A DNA stretch of 47,469 nucleotides from Candidatus Buchananbacteria bacterium (GCA_013359225.1 JABWCG010000002.1:1-47469), one strand, 5' to 3'; shown: positions 8,417-17,889, numbered from the stretch's first letter. Numbers and translations: made by a program. Notes: a model not told the origin generated them from the letters alone.

Positions 8417-9640
8417 ATGTATACACATAAACTAATTGAGAGCATTAATAATGAATTGCAAAATTTATTGGATCAGGGCAAGTTAAAAACGGAACGGATT
8501 TTAACCAGTGCTCAGGGTCCTGAGGTGGAAATCAACGGTAAGAAGGTTTTGATGTTTGCTTCCAATAATTATCTTGGACTAGGTAATCATAAAGCGATCG
8601 TCAGAGCGGCTAAGGATGGATTAAAGGAGTATGGTTTTGGATTATCGTCAGTCCGGTTTATTTGTGGCACTCAGGATTGGCACCGGGAATTGGAAAAAAA
8701 GCTGGCTGAATTTTTAGGTTGTGACGATGCCATTTTGTATTCCACTTGTTTTATGGCTAACCTAGGATTTTTTGCCAGCATTATCAATGAACCTTTCGGC
8801 GCAGCAGAATATCAAGATGTGATTTATAGCGATGAATTGAATCACGCGAGTATTATTGACGCTTTCAAATTGATAAAAAAAGGATCAGTGGAAAAACGGA
8901 TTTATCCGCATGCTAATATGGTGGCGTTGGAAAAAATGTTACAGGAAGATGCCGATAAAAATTTCCGGTTTAAGATTATCGCCACCGACGGCGTGTTTAG
9001 TATGGAAGGCGATACAGCGCCTTTGTCCGAGTTAGTGGCTTTAGCGGAAAAATATCAAGCGCTGTTGTTTGTTGATGACGCTCATGGTGTTGGCGTTTTG
9101 GGAGAAGCTGGCGCTGGCACACCGCAAGCGTTGGGTGTTCATGGCAAAGTTGATGTTTTGAGCGGAACATTCGGTAAGGCATTGGGTGGTGCAGTCGGCG
9201 GGTATATTGCCGGCAAGAAAGAGATTATTGATTTACTGCGGCAAAAATCCCGAACATACATGTTTTCTAATTCAGTACCGCCACTAGTGGTTAAAGCCTC
9301 AATTAAGGCTTTGGAGCTGCTTGAACAAAATAAAAAGTTGCCGACAAAGGTCCAAAAAAATACCAAATATTTTCGAAGTAAAATAAAAAAATTAGGATTT
9401 AAAACATTGCCGGGTTCACATCCGATTGTGCCGGTCATGCTGGGCGAAGCAGCTGTGGCTCAGGCAATGAGTAAGCGATTACTTGAGGAGGGGTTGTATG
9501 TTGTTGGTTTGTGGTTTCCGGTTGTTCCTGAAGGCACGGCGCGGCTGCGGTTTCAGGTTTCGGCAGCACACACCAAACAGCATCTGGACGCCGCATTAGC
9601 AATTTTGGAGAAGGTTGGTAAAGAAATGAATATTATTTAA
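8417..9640 (+). CDS. kbl: 2-amino-3-ketobutyrate CoA ligase (glycine C-acetyltransferase)
   Basis: NNYLGL, SVRFICGTQ, SDELNHASIID, DGVFSMEGD, GTFGKALGGA (PLP Lys), ARLRFQVSAAH. Confidence 0.93.
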   Translation: MYTHKLIESINNELQNLLDQGKLKTERILTSAQGPEVEINGKKVLMFASNNYLGLGNHKAIVRAAKDGLKEYGFGLSSVRFICGTQDWHRELEKKLAEFLGCDDAILYSTCFMANLGFFASIINEPFGAAEYQDVIYSDELNHASIIDAFKLIKKGSVEKRIYPHANMVALEKMLQEDADKNFRFKIIATDGVFSMEGDTAPLSELVALAEKYQALLFVDDAHGVGVLGEAGAGTPQALGVHGKVDVLSGTFGKALGGAVGGYIAGKKEIIDLLRQKSRTYMFSNSVPPLVVKASIKALELLEQNKKLPTKVQKNTKYFRSKIKKLGFKTLPGSHPIVPVMLGEAAVAQAMSKRLLEEGLYVVGLWFPVVPEGTARLRFQVSAAHTKQHLDAALAILEKVGKEMNII

Positions 9641-9644
9641 ACGT

Positions 9645-10427
9645 ATGGAAACAAAAGAATTCAAACAATTTATTATTCAAGTTTCGGCTGAAGCAGGGGA
9701 ATACTTACGCAATCATTTTTATACCTTTAAAAATGTAATTGAACACGATGCTGGTAATCTAGTTACTAACATTGATCTTGAATTGGCGGAAATTATCAGA
9801 ACACGTATCTTAAAGAGTTATCCGGATCACCAGGTGATTGTTGAGGGTGATGCAGCCGAACCATCCGCTGAGTACGTGTGGCTGGTTGATCCGCTGGAAG
9901 GTAGTTCACATTTTTCTCGAAATATTCCGATCTATACGGTTAATATCGCTCTGCAACATCGGGGCAAGACAATTATGGGCGCGGTAAATCATCCGCAGAC
10001 CCATCAGCTATTTTTTGCGCTTCGGGGTGAAGGAGCATATTTAAATGGCATTAAAATTAATGTCTCTAGCCAGCAAGACGCTGCCTTGGCATATGTATTT
10101 GTGGAATTACCGGAAAAAAAGTTTAACCAAAATCCTGACTTTGAAAAAAGTATGAAGCAGGTTACTAACTTGGTTAAGCACTGCCGGCAGGTTGAAACAT
10201 TTCGGATTGGCTCGTTTGGGCAGTGCTTAGTTGCCAGCGGTTCCTTTGATGCCTATGTTGATTTGTCTTCAACCAGTCAATCGCTAAGCCAGGCTGCCGC
10301 GCAGTTGATTTTAAAAGAAGCCGGCGGTGAACTGATTGATTTAGGTACAAACGGCAAAGGGTTTGTGCAGGTGATGGCTACAAATGCCAACCTTACTAAT
10401 AATTTACAAAAGATCATTAATGAATAA
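9645..10427 (+). CDS. Inositol monophosphatase/SuhB-family protein with degenerate active site
   Basis: LVTNID, WLVDPLEGSSHF (canonical DPxDGT), GEGAYLNG, R.IGS, VASG.FDAY; WD motif absent. Confidence 0.8.
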   Translation: METKEFKQFIIQVSAEAGEYLRNHFYTFKNVIEHDAGNLVTNIDLELAEIIRTRILKSYPDHQVIVEGDAAEPSAEYVWLVDPLEGSSHFSRNIPIYTVNIALQHRGKTIMGAVNHPQTHQLFFALRGEGAYLNGIKINVSSQQDAALAYVFVELPEKKFNQNPDFEKSMKQVTNLVKHCRQVETFRIGSFGQCLVASGSFDAYVDLSSTSQSLSQAAAQLILKEAGGELIDLGTNGKGFVQVMATNANLTNNLQKIINE

Positions 10428-11166
10428 ATTTCAAGTTATTGTTTTGGCTGGCGGCTTGGGTAAGCGCATGAATAGCCATGATATTCCGAAAGCATTGGTG
10501 CCGCTACATGGCCGACCAATGATTAGCTACCTTTTGGACGCGATCAAAGAGGCGGATGTTTGCGCCCGCCCGCTGATTGTCGTCGGTAAGTTAGCTGACA
10601 AAGTCAAATCAGCCTTAGGCCCGGACTATGATTATGCATTCCAGGCCGAACAGTTGGGAACCGGTCACGCCGTGATGGTAAGCCGTGAACAGTTGCAGGG
10701 CAGTGCGGAAAATATTTTGGTTTTGTATTGTGATCACCCACTGGTGAGCCCTCAAACAATCAAAAATATTTTAGATACTCATGTTCGCGAACAGGAAGTG
10801 TTGACTATGGCTACCACGGTGGTTCCCGACTTTGAGGGATGGCGCTTGCCGTTTTATGATTTTGGCCGAGTGGTACGTTCGGACAGTGGTAAAATTATTG
10901 GTATTGTTGAAAAAAAGGATGCCGCTCCCGAGCAGCTTCAGATTAAGGAAGTAAATCCAAGCTATTTTTGTTTTAAGGCTGATTGGCTGTGGACTAATTT
11001 AGATCTCGTGCGAAACCATAATACCCAGCAAGAGTATTACCTGACTGACTTAGTTGACATCGCCTTTGGCCAAAATCATCAGATTGCTTCGGTTCAGATT
11101 GAGCCAAAAGAAGCTATGGGGATTAATAGTCAAGAACAGCTTGATTTAATTTCAAAATTATTGTAG
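10420..11166 (+). CDS. GlmU-like uridyltransferase domain only (GlcNAc-1-P uridyltransferase)
   Basis: LAGGLGKRMNS..PK, EQLGTGHAV, GIVEKKDA, EVN, EYYLTDL, GINS. Ends at 248 aa with no left-handed beta-helix. Confidence 0.88.
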   Translation: MNKFQVIVLAGGLGKRMNSHDIPKALVPLHGRPMISYLLDAIKEADVCARPLIVVGKLADKVKSALGPDYDYAFQAEQLGTGHAVMVSREQLQGSAENILVLYCDHPLVSPQTIKNILDTHVREQEVLTMATTVVPDFEGWRLPFYDFGRVVRSDSGKIIGIVEKKDAAPEQLQIKEVNPSYFCFKADWLWTNLDLVRNHNTQQEYYLTDLVDIAFGQNHQIASVQIEPKEAMGINSQEQLDLISKLL

Positions 11167-11277
11167 GATAGGTCAATCTTTTAAGATAAATCAGCGTGCA
11201 TAATCTGTGTTATACATGCTGATGTACCTTGAATTTTTAACGATTTTTGCAAGCTATGACGCAGGAAGGGTCGCGCC

Positions 11278-12315
11278 ATGAGAAAGCTGAGTCTGGTGGT
11301 TTTGTTTGGCGGTTACGACCGCTGGGTACGTTTTGGCCCGACTCGATTGCTGGAGGCGTCGATGTCTGGCATTTTTGCTGAGGTAGTGGCTGTCATCAAT
11401 CCGCCGTATGCGGGTTATGAAGCTATGATCCGGCAAACTCTGACGACTCGGTCTCGGCCAATGGCCAGCCGAATTGTCTTTTCACCTGAGAACAACATGC
11501 CGTTGGCACGCAATTTGGGTGTCAGCGCCGCAACCGGTGACGATATCATGATTTGGGATGACGACGACAGTGTTCATCCGACCAATCTACGAGTAGCGTA
11601 TCGTCGGTATGTGGAGTCTGATGCGAGTGTGATGGAAGTCGTTTTGACGCACTCGGACGAAAGTTCGTTTCACCCGCAGGACGAAAACATGATGCCGCAA
11701 ATGTCAGTTGCGCCTGACCTGATTGTGTTGGGTATGGTGCATACACCATTTTTCGTCAGACGTGACACGGTGTGTCGGGTAGCGTTTCCCGTTCACATGG
11801 CATTGCGTGGTGAATGGGTTGACTGGAGCACCAGGCTGTGGCGCGCCGGCATCCCGACATTTTGTTATACCGGCTTGCCGGTGGCGCGCGAAGGTGATCG
11901 TGATCGCGCTTCTGGTGCGACAGCGTCAGCCGGTGTTAACGGTAGCTCACTGAAGCACGTTTTTTCTTCAATGATGTTTCTGGCATACGCCTATGAATTT
12001 GAGCCAGACAGCTTTGAGGGAAAAATTCTTTTCCGTCGATATGTTGAACGTTATTGTCCTGATTGTGGACCTGATGTGTGGTGTGATTTGCTGGCATTGG
12101 GTCGGCAGTTGCGGCACACGTCATATGTGTTGCCTGGATATATGATTTTTCCCGGCGCATACCGCCATGCTGCCGAAGAAGCTTATGCTCATTGCCGGAG
12201 GGAACTGGCACTGGAAAGGGACGCTGCCTATCCGCTTGTCTACAACATTGCGCCATTTGGCGCGTTTAATCCGGAGCATCGTCAGGTGCTCGAAGCCGTT
12301 TTACAAACCGTGTGA
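11278..12315 (+). CDS. Divergent GT2-like (GT-A fold) glycosyltransferase
   Basis: ARNLGVSAATGDDIMIWDDDD; GEW.DWS.RL.RAG. Confidence 0.7.
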   Translation: MRKLSLVVLFGGYDRWVRFGPTRLLEASMSGIFAEVVAVINPPYAGYEAMIRQTLTTRSRPMASRIVFSPENNMPLARNLGVSAATGDDIMIWDDDDSVHPTNLRVAYRRYVESDASVMEVVLTHSDESSFHPQDENMMPQMSVAPDLIVLGMVHTPFFVRRDTVCRVAFPVHMALRGEWVDWSTRLWRAGIPTFCYTGLPVAREGDRDRASGATASAGVNGSSLKHVFSSMMFLAYAYEFEPDSFEGKILFRRYVERYCPDCGPDVWCDLLALGRQLRHTSYVLPGYMIFPGAYRHAAEEAYAHCRRELALERDAAYPLVYNIAPFGAFNPEHRQVLEAVLQTV

Positions 12316-12331
12316 GGTTTGAGTATAATGA

Positions 12332-12358
12332 AGGGACAGGGATGTCCCTATTTTTTTT
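12332..12358 (+). terminator. Intrinsic terminator
   Basis: AGGGACA-GGGA-TGTCCCT then A and T8. Confidence 0.7.
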
Positions 12359-12376
12359 AGAAAAATCAACAATATC

Positions 12377-13597
12377 ATGAAATATACTTTTTTGATCCCA
12401 GTTCACGCCGCTAGAGTTTCCCGCGATGGGTATCGCCGCGGCGATGTTATGTATGATCATCCTACGCCGATTGACCAGGATGGGCCGCTGAATCGAACGC
12501 TTGAGTCTTTGCAATGTTTGGATCATGAAGATTTCAACGTTGTATTGTTGCTGTCGGCAGTAGCACCGGAGATTGCCGAAGACTCGGAAGCGTGGATTAA
12601 AGAAGTGGTTAGTCGTGCTCGTTATCGCCCTAAACAGCTGTATCTTTTTTCCCATTCCCATTTGGCAAAGTTAGCGGCGCTAATAGGTCCGGATGTAAAA
12701 CAATTCTCCTCATTACTTGATTTAGGAGGGTATCCCCAGGAACGCAATATCGGCCTGCTGACGGGCATTCTTTTGAATACTGATGTGGTAATTTGGTTGG
12801 ACGATGACGAACTGGTTCGGGATAAGGATTTCTTACAGAAGCTTGATGAGGGGTTTGCCCAGACGATTGAAAGTCAGCCGGTGCGGTTGATTACGGGTGC
12901 TTGTCCAGAGGGTGAAGCCGGCAGTCCGATTCGAGTTAGGCCAATGAAGCCGTGGATGAGATATTGGGATAAAATTCATTATCAAAACGAAACTTTCAAA
13001 ATTGTTTTTATGAGTGAGCCTCGCTGGAAGAAGACGCCATTGTCTCATGGCGGCCTGTCGGCAATTCATCGGGAAGTTTTTTCAATAGTGCCCTACGACC
13101 CATATGCTTTGCGTGGTGAGGATATGGATTATAATTTGAACGCCAGAATGTTTGGTTTTTTGTTTGTCGCCGATAATAAATTGGAGATTAGACATTTACC
13201 GCCGCCGCGGATTCACCCGAAGTGGTTAGGATTTCGTCAAGACATGTTGCGGTTTCTCTGGGAAATTAATAAGATCAAACATCAGGAGAAGGTTGTTGGC
13301 ATGAGAAAAATTACCGCCAGTGAGTTTGAGCCATATCCAGGACGATTTTTGCGTGATGATATTTATTGGTTAATTGTTCAGTCGCAATTGGTAATGGCCG
13401 GAGAGTATTTGCTGCGGGGAAAAATTTTTGATGCAACGATGGCGCTGTATAATATCTATCTTTCGCGGTTTCATAAGCCGCTGTCTCAAAACGCCTTCGT
13501 AGAATACTGCGCTTTGCAAAAAGTATGGGTAGCGTTAACTGATCGGGTCGCGAAAATAGCTGGACGCCGCGATGAATTATTCTACACATTTAAATAG
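12377..13597 (+). CDS. GT-A fold glycosyltransferase-like protein
   Basis: ERNIGL...VIWLDDDE DxD motif; RGEDMDY acceptor-type motif. Confidence 0.65.
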   Translation: MKYTFLIPVHAARVSRDGYRRGDVMYDHPTPIDQDGPLNRTLESLQCLDHEDFNVVLLLSAVAPEIAEDSEAWIKEVVSRARYRPKQLYLFSHSHLAKLAALIGPDVKQFSSLLDLGGYPQERNIGLLTGILLNTDVVIWLDDDELVRDKDFLQKLDEGFAQTIESQPVRLITGACPEGEAGSPIRVRPMKPWMRYWDKIHYQNETFKIVFMSEPRWKKTPLSHGGLSAIHREVFSIVPYDPYALRGEDMDYNLNARMFGFLFVADNKLEIRHLPPPRIHPKWLGFRQDMLRFLWEINKIKHQEKVVGMRKITASEFEPYPGRFLRDDIYWLIVQSQLVMAGEYLLRGKIFDATMALYNIYLSRFHKPLSQNAFVEYCALQKVWVALTDRVAKIAGRRDELFYTFK

Positions 13598-13598
13598 T

Positions 13599-14849
13599 AT
13601 GCGCTATATTGCCGACCTTCATCTTCATTCAAAGTATTCCCGGGCTTGTTCCAAAGATTTGGACTTGGAGCATAATGAAATCTGGGCCAAGAAAAAGGGG
13701 ATTGGCATTGTTGGTACTGGCGACTTTACTCACCCGGTGTGGTTTAGAGAACTCAAGGAAAAATTAATTGAAGAAAAGCCAGGATTATTTAAAGTAAGGG
13801 GTACTGACGGCAAAGTGCTTTTTATGTTGACGACGGAAATTAGCTGCATTTATTCGCAGGGTGGCAAAGTGCGGCGGATTCATCTTTGTTTATTTGCCCC
13901 CGATTTAGCGAGCGTGGGTAAAATTAATCAGGCGCTTATTGCTCGAGGGGTTAATTTAAAATCGGATGGCCGTCCCATTATGGGACTTCATGCAGATGAA
14001 GTTGTTAAAATTGTTTTGGAGGCTAATCCCGAAAATATGGTGATCCCGGCGCATGCCTGGACGCCTTGGTTTTCGGTTTTCGGATCGAACTCCGGCTTTG
14101 ACAGTTTGGCAGAGTGTTTCGGCGAAATGACTAAACACATTCATTCAATTGAAACCGGTTTGAGTTCCGATCCGCTGATGAATTGGCGGCTTTCGGCCTT
14201 GGATAATATCACCTTGATTTCTAATTCAGATGCTCATTCACCGGCTAATTTAGGACGCGAGGCTAACGTTTTTGAGATAGACCCCGACCAATTAAGTTAT
14301 TTTGAAATTAAAAAAATTATTGAACAAAAAGATAAAAGTCGTTTTTTATATACCATTGAATTTTTTCCCGAAGAAGGAAAGTATCATCATGACGGTCATC
14401 GCGCCTGTGGTGTTAATTTCGCTCCGGCCGAAAGTAAAAAACACGGTGGGTTATGTCCAAAATGCAAAAAGCCACTCACTATCGGCGTGTTGAATCGGGT
14501 GGATGCTTTAGCTGATCGTGAAGTGGGCCAGGCGTCCGACGTTATTCCTTTTAAAAGCATTGTGCCGCTACCCGAAATAATTGCCGAAGTGCTTGGCGTT
14601 GGTAAAACATCAAAGAAAGTCTCGGTGATGTATGAGGAGTTGGTGGGTAAATTCAGTGAATTTGAGATTTTATTAGATCTTGATTATCCAACTTTAGCTA
14701 CCATAGCCGTACCGGAATTGGTTGTAGCGATTAAAAATGTTCGTGAACAGAAAGTTGAACCAGTCGCCGGGTATGATGGTGAGTATGGAATTATTAAGAC
14801 GTTAAAGCCTGGTCAGGTTAATAAACCGTTGCAGAAAGCTTTATTTTAA
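13599..14849 (+). CDS. PHP-domain endonuclease Q family protein
   Basis: ADLHLHSKYS, GTGDFTHP, PAHAWTP, ETGLSSD, SNSDAHS, C-x-CPKC Zn site, GYDGEYG. Confidence 0.88.
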   Translation: MRYIADLHLHSKYSRACSKDLDLEHNEIWAKKKGIGIVGTGDFTHPVWFRELKEKLIEEKPGLFKVRGTDGKVLFMLTTEISCIYSQGGKVRRIHLCLFAPDLASVGKINQALIARGVNLKSDGRPIMGLHADEVVKIVLEANPENMVIPAHAWTPWFSVFGSNSGFDSLAECFGEMTKHIHSIETGLSSDPLMNWRLSALDNITLISNSDAHSPANLGREANVFEIDPDQLSYFEIKKIIEQKDKSRFLYTIEFFPEEGKYHHDGHRACGVNFAPAESKKHGGLCPKCKKPLTIGVLNRVDALADREVGQASDVIPFKSIVPLPEIIAEVLGVGKTSKKVSVMYEELVGKFSEFEILLDLDYPTLATIAVPELVVAIKNVREQKVEPVAGYDGEYGIIKTLKPGQVNKPLQKALF

Positions 14850-14860
14850 TTTTAGACAAA

Positions 14861-14897
14861 ACAAAAACCCCTGTTATCTTTTGGCAGGGATTTTTGT
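14861..14897. terminator. Bidirectional terminator
   Basis: ACAAAAA-CCCCTGTTA..TGGCAGGG-ATTTTTGT between convergent genes. Confidence 0.7.
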
Positions 14898-14909
14898 GCA
14901 TGAAATCTA

Positions 14910-15053
14910 TTATCGGCGACGTTTAGCAGCCTTTCTTTTAGCTGGTCGCTTTTTTGCTACCTTTTTAGCAGCCTTTCTTTTAGCTGGTCGCTTTTTTGCT
15001 ACCTTTTTAGCTGCTGGTCTTTTCTTTGCAGCTTTTCTTTTTCGTGCTGGCAT
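14910..15053 (-). CDS. 47-aa K/R/A/P-rich histone-H1-like protein (absent from ORF track)
   Basis: MPARKRKAAKKRPAAKKVAKKRPAKRKAAKKVAKKRPAKRKAAKRRR; SD AAGGAGGTG; tandem TAA TAG stops; 42-bp internal repeat. Confidence 0.85.
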   Translation of the reverse strand: MPARKRKAAKKRPAAKKVAKKRPAKRKAAKKVAKKRPAKRKAAKRRR

Positions 15054-15319
15054 TATACTTTCACCTCCTTTCATCTCCATGGTGGAGTAAACTTTTTTGA
15101 AAAAAGTTTATTTTTTGTTTTTACTTTTAAAAAAATTTATTTTTAAAAGCTAATTTAATTATAAAGCTTTTTTTTATGATTAACAATCTTTTTTTTGTCA
15201 AACTGTGGATAACTTTAATTTTTAAAATTTTTTTGTTTCTTATTTTTTAAAAAATAAAAATACTTTTTCAAAAGTATTTTGTTATTCATTAATTTTTTTT
15301 AAAAAAATAATGTCCCGTG

Positions 15320-15393
15320 TGGACCCGAGCGGATTCGAACCGCTGACCTCCTGCTTGCAAAGCAGGCATTCTAACCAGCTGAACTACGGGCCC
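15320..15393 (-). tRNA. tRNA-Ala(UGC), CCA not encoded
   Basis: GGGCCCG...TT TGC AA...GTTCGAATC...CGGGTCCA; G3-U70 pair. Confidence 0.95.
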
Positions 15394-15429
15394 ACACGAG
15401 ACACTATCAAGATGCTTTGTGAGTTGAAT

Positions 15430-15678
15430 TTATCCAGGGATGATCAAATTGGCAAAACCTTTCAAGACGCCTTCAATTAAGTTTGTCATAATCAGAAAGC
15501 CAACAATTGAGGCCGCCATTCCGATCAGTTTGTAGGCAAGACGGCTACCACCTTCAGTTCCCAAATACTTTTCGGCGCTCGGAATACCGCCAATATTCTG
15601 ATAAATCCAGTCAGCCTTTATGGTTATGGCAGCTCCGGCAGCCACCACAATTAATCCGAGAATAATTTGACCAATCAT
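15430..15678 (-). CDS. Small two-TM membrane protein (82 aa)
   Basis: MIGQIILGLIVVAAG... two hydrophobic helices. The longer track ORF only reads through tRNA genes. Confidence 0.7.
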   Translation of the reverse strand: MIGQIILGLIVVAAGAAITIKADWIYQNIGGIPSAEKYLGTEGGSRLAYKLIGMAASIVGFLIMTNLIEGVLKGFANLIIPG

Positions 15679-15709
15679 ATATTTGTCTTGGCAATTAATT
15701 TTTATTTTT

Positions 15710-15786
15710 TGGTGGGTTCGAGAGGATTCGAACCTCTGACCTTCTCGGTGTAAACGAGACGCTCTAACCAGCTGAGCTACGAACCC
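15710..15786 (-). tRNA. tRNA-Val(UAC)
   Basis: Cloverleaf GGGTTCG..TT TAC AC..CGAACCCACCA. Confidence 0.95.
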
Positions 15787-15790
15787 AAAA

Positions 15791-15874
15791 TGCGGACGAG
15801 AGGATTTGAACCTCCACGAGCTTGCGCTCACAGGCCCCTCAAGCCTGCGTGTCTACCAGTTCCACCACGTCCGC
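15791..15874 (-). tRNA. tRNA-Leu(GAG), CCA not encoded
   Basis: Long variable arm, TT GAG GG loop, GTTCAAATC. Confidence 0.95.
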
Positions 15875-15895
15875 ACAACAATTGAAGCGAAATAA

Positions 15896-16276
15896 TTATT
15901 TCGCTTCAACTTTTTTTTCTTTCAGTCGTTTTTTGCTGGTTCGCAGGTAGTAGAGTTTTGACTGGCGAACTTTAGCTTGTTTCACCGGTTCAATTTTAAT
16001 AACGTTTGGTGAGTGAATGGGAAATATTTTTTCCACCCCAACCCCTTCAGAAATTTTTCGAACGGTGATTGTGGCACCCGTCTGCTTGCCGTGCTTATGG
16101 GCCAAGATGATTCCTTCAAAGACCTGAATCCTTTTCTTTTCACCTTTTGGTCCTTGTTCGCTGATTTGTTGATGAACTTTTACGGTCATGCCAGGTTTAA
16201 GATCCGGTAAAGCTTGTCGGGCAACTTCTTTCTTTTTGTGTTCGACAGCGTCAGCCGCTTGTTTTTTATCTGCCAT
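15896..16276 (-). CDS. rplS: 50S ribosomal protein L19
   Basis: PGMTVKVH, RIQVFEG, TVRKIS.GVGVEKIFP.HSP, KVR.SKLYYLR. Confidence 0.97.
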   Translation of the reverse strand: MADKKQAADAVEHKKKEVARQALPDLKPGMTVKVHQQISEQGPKGEKKRIQVFEGIILAHKHGKQTGATITVRKISEGVGVEKIFPIHSPNVIKIEPVKQAKVRQSKLYYLRTSKKRLKEKKVEAK

Positions 16277-16360
16277 ATAGTTGTCTTAAAATGATATGTG
16301 GTTAAAAATTAATACCCCTCAACTATAATCTAAATCGTTCCAAAAGTCAAGAGGTATATT

Positions 16361-16930
16361 TTAAATATTTTCGTTTATTATCTTAATAACCTGATTAATT
16401 GTTTCGGTCAATTTATGTGCCTTGTTGATGATGATGTAATCATACTTTTTTGCCAAAATAAGCTCTTTGCGGGCATTTTGCAGTCTGATCTTGAGGATAG
16501 CTTCCGGCATTTTTTCCCGGTGTTTAATACGTTTAGCGAGCTCATCAATATTTTCGGTTTTTAAGAAAATTAAGACGGTTTTGGCTGGCATTTTCTGCTT
16601 AATTTGTAGCGCCCCCTGAACGTCAATGTTCATCAAAAGGCTATTTTTTTTCAGCTCCTGAGCTACTACTTGAGCGTCCGTACCGTAGAAGTTATTATGT
16701 ACCACGGCCCATTCTAAAAAATCACCCGCCGCAACTTTGGTGCGAAACTCTTCCTCGGAAACGTGGATAATGGTTTTGTCTTCTTTCTTCCCCAGCCGTT
16801 TCGTGCGCGTAGTATAAGTGACAGTTGTTTTTAAAAAGGGTAGTCTTTTTAAAACTCCCTTGGCAACGCTCGTTTTGCCGACACCACTTGGTCCGGAGAT
16901 AATGAATACTTTATTTGTTTTTTTGTTCAT
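16361..16930 (-). CDS. gmk: Guanylate kinase
   Basis: SGPSGVGKT, TTR, FLEWA.VH.N.YGT, IDVQGA. Confidence 0.93.
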   Translation of the reverse strand: MNKKTNKVFIISGPSGVGKTSVAKGVLKRLPFLKTTVTYTTRTKRLGKKEDKTIIHVSEEEFRTKVAAGDFLEWAVVHNNFYGTDAQVVAQELKKNSLLMNIDVQGALQIKQKMPAKTVLIFLKTENIDELAKRIKHREKMPEAILKIRLQNARKELILAKKYDYIIINKAHKLTETINQVIKIINENI

Positions 16931-17885
16931 GAAGAAAAGCGGTTAGTTTTTCAGGTAGCGGGGAATTAAATTCTACCCAATGGTTATCAAAATCATTGAA
17001 TCCGATTTGGGCCGAATGCAAGAAGATCCTGCCAGGGTTAATAACTTTAACCTTATGTTGGAAGAAATGCAGAAAGTTTTTCTTTGGCTTGTAAATTTGG
17101 TCGCCAATAATTGGGTGGCCAATAGCAGATAAGTGTGCTCTGATTTGGTGGGTCCGGCCGGTTAGAATTTGGACTTCAAGTAACGTATAATCTTTAATAT
17201 ATTCTAATACTTTGTATTTAGTTTTGGCAACTTTGTCTTTGCTGTTAAATTTTTCGGTGCCACGCCGAGGATGGGCTACAAATTGGCCATCTTTATTTCG
17301 TCCAATCGGTAAATTGATTTCACCTTCGGGCTGAGTCGGATGCCCATAGACCAGTGCGTAGTAAATTTTTTTAACCTGGCGTTGCTTAAATTGTTCTTTT
17401 AGATGGTAAAACGTTTGATCATTTTTGGCGATAACGATTACACCAGAAACATCTTTATCAAGCCGATGAATAATACCACCGCGGTATTTGTATTCTCCGA
17501 CGGTCTCGATTTCCGGATATTTTTGATGCACCCATTCAACAAGAGTGCCGGGTTCATTAAGGTCGGTCGGGTGAACCAAAAGACCATCTGGCTTGTCTAG
17601 TACCAAAAAATTGTTATCTTCAAAAATTATTTTCGGTTCCAGGGTAGTGGCTGACTGTTGGGTAACGGATGTCTCGGCTTTGGTTTCCGCATCGGGCAGT
17701 ACGGTGATTTCATCATTAACTTTTAGGAATTGGTGGACCTTGGCTGGTTTGTTGTTAATTAAAACCAAACCCTGCTTGATCATTTTTTTTATTCTTGATC
17801 GAGAATCCTCGTGCAGTTTTTCGGTTAAAAACTTATCAAGGCGCTGGTTTTCATTTTCGTTAGTGATAATAATTTTTTCAAGCAT
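16911..17885 (-). CDS. RluA/RluD-family pseudouridine synthase with S4 domain
   Basis: RLDKFL S4, DKP.GL.VHP, HRLDKDVSG, TGRTHQIR.H, GHPI.GD. Confidence 0.93.
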   Translation of the reverse strand: MLEKIIITNENENQRLDKFLTEKLHEDSRSRIKKMIKQGLVLINNKPAKVHQFLKVNDEITVLPDAETKAETSVTQQSATTLEPKIIFEDNNFLVLDKPDGLLVHPTDLNEPGTLVEWVHQKYPEIETVGEYKYRGGIIHRLDKDVSGVIVIAKNDQTFYHLKEQFKQRQVKKIYYALVYGHPTQPEGEINLPIGRNKDGQFVAHPRRGTEKFNSKDKVAKTKYKVLEYIKDYTLLEVQILTGRTHQIRAHLSAIGHPIIGDQIYKPKKNFLHFFQHKVKVINPGRIFLHSAQIGFNDFDNHWVEFNSPLPEKLTAFLHEQKNK

Positions 17886-17889
17886 ATTT

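Noticed and set aside
14881..15090. Plus-strand 69-aa repetitive ORF
   Set aside because: Antisense shadow of the SD-led basic protein on the minus strand.
15090..15310. Very AT-rich tract with DnaA box (15204-15212) as oriC
   Set aside because: Only one perfect box and no dnaA/dnaN nearby. Isolated boxes also occur at 4071 and 41781, so a promoter/terminator region is more likely.
15679..15831. N-terminal extension of ORF 15430..15831
   Set aside because: It reads through tRNA-Val and tRNA-Leu; the real start is probably ATG 15678.
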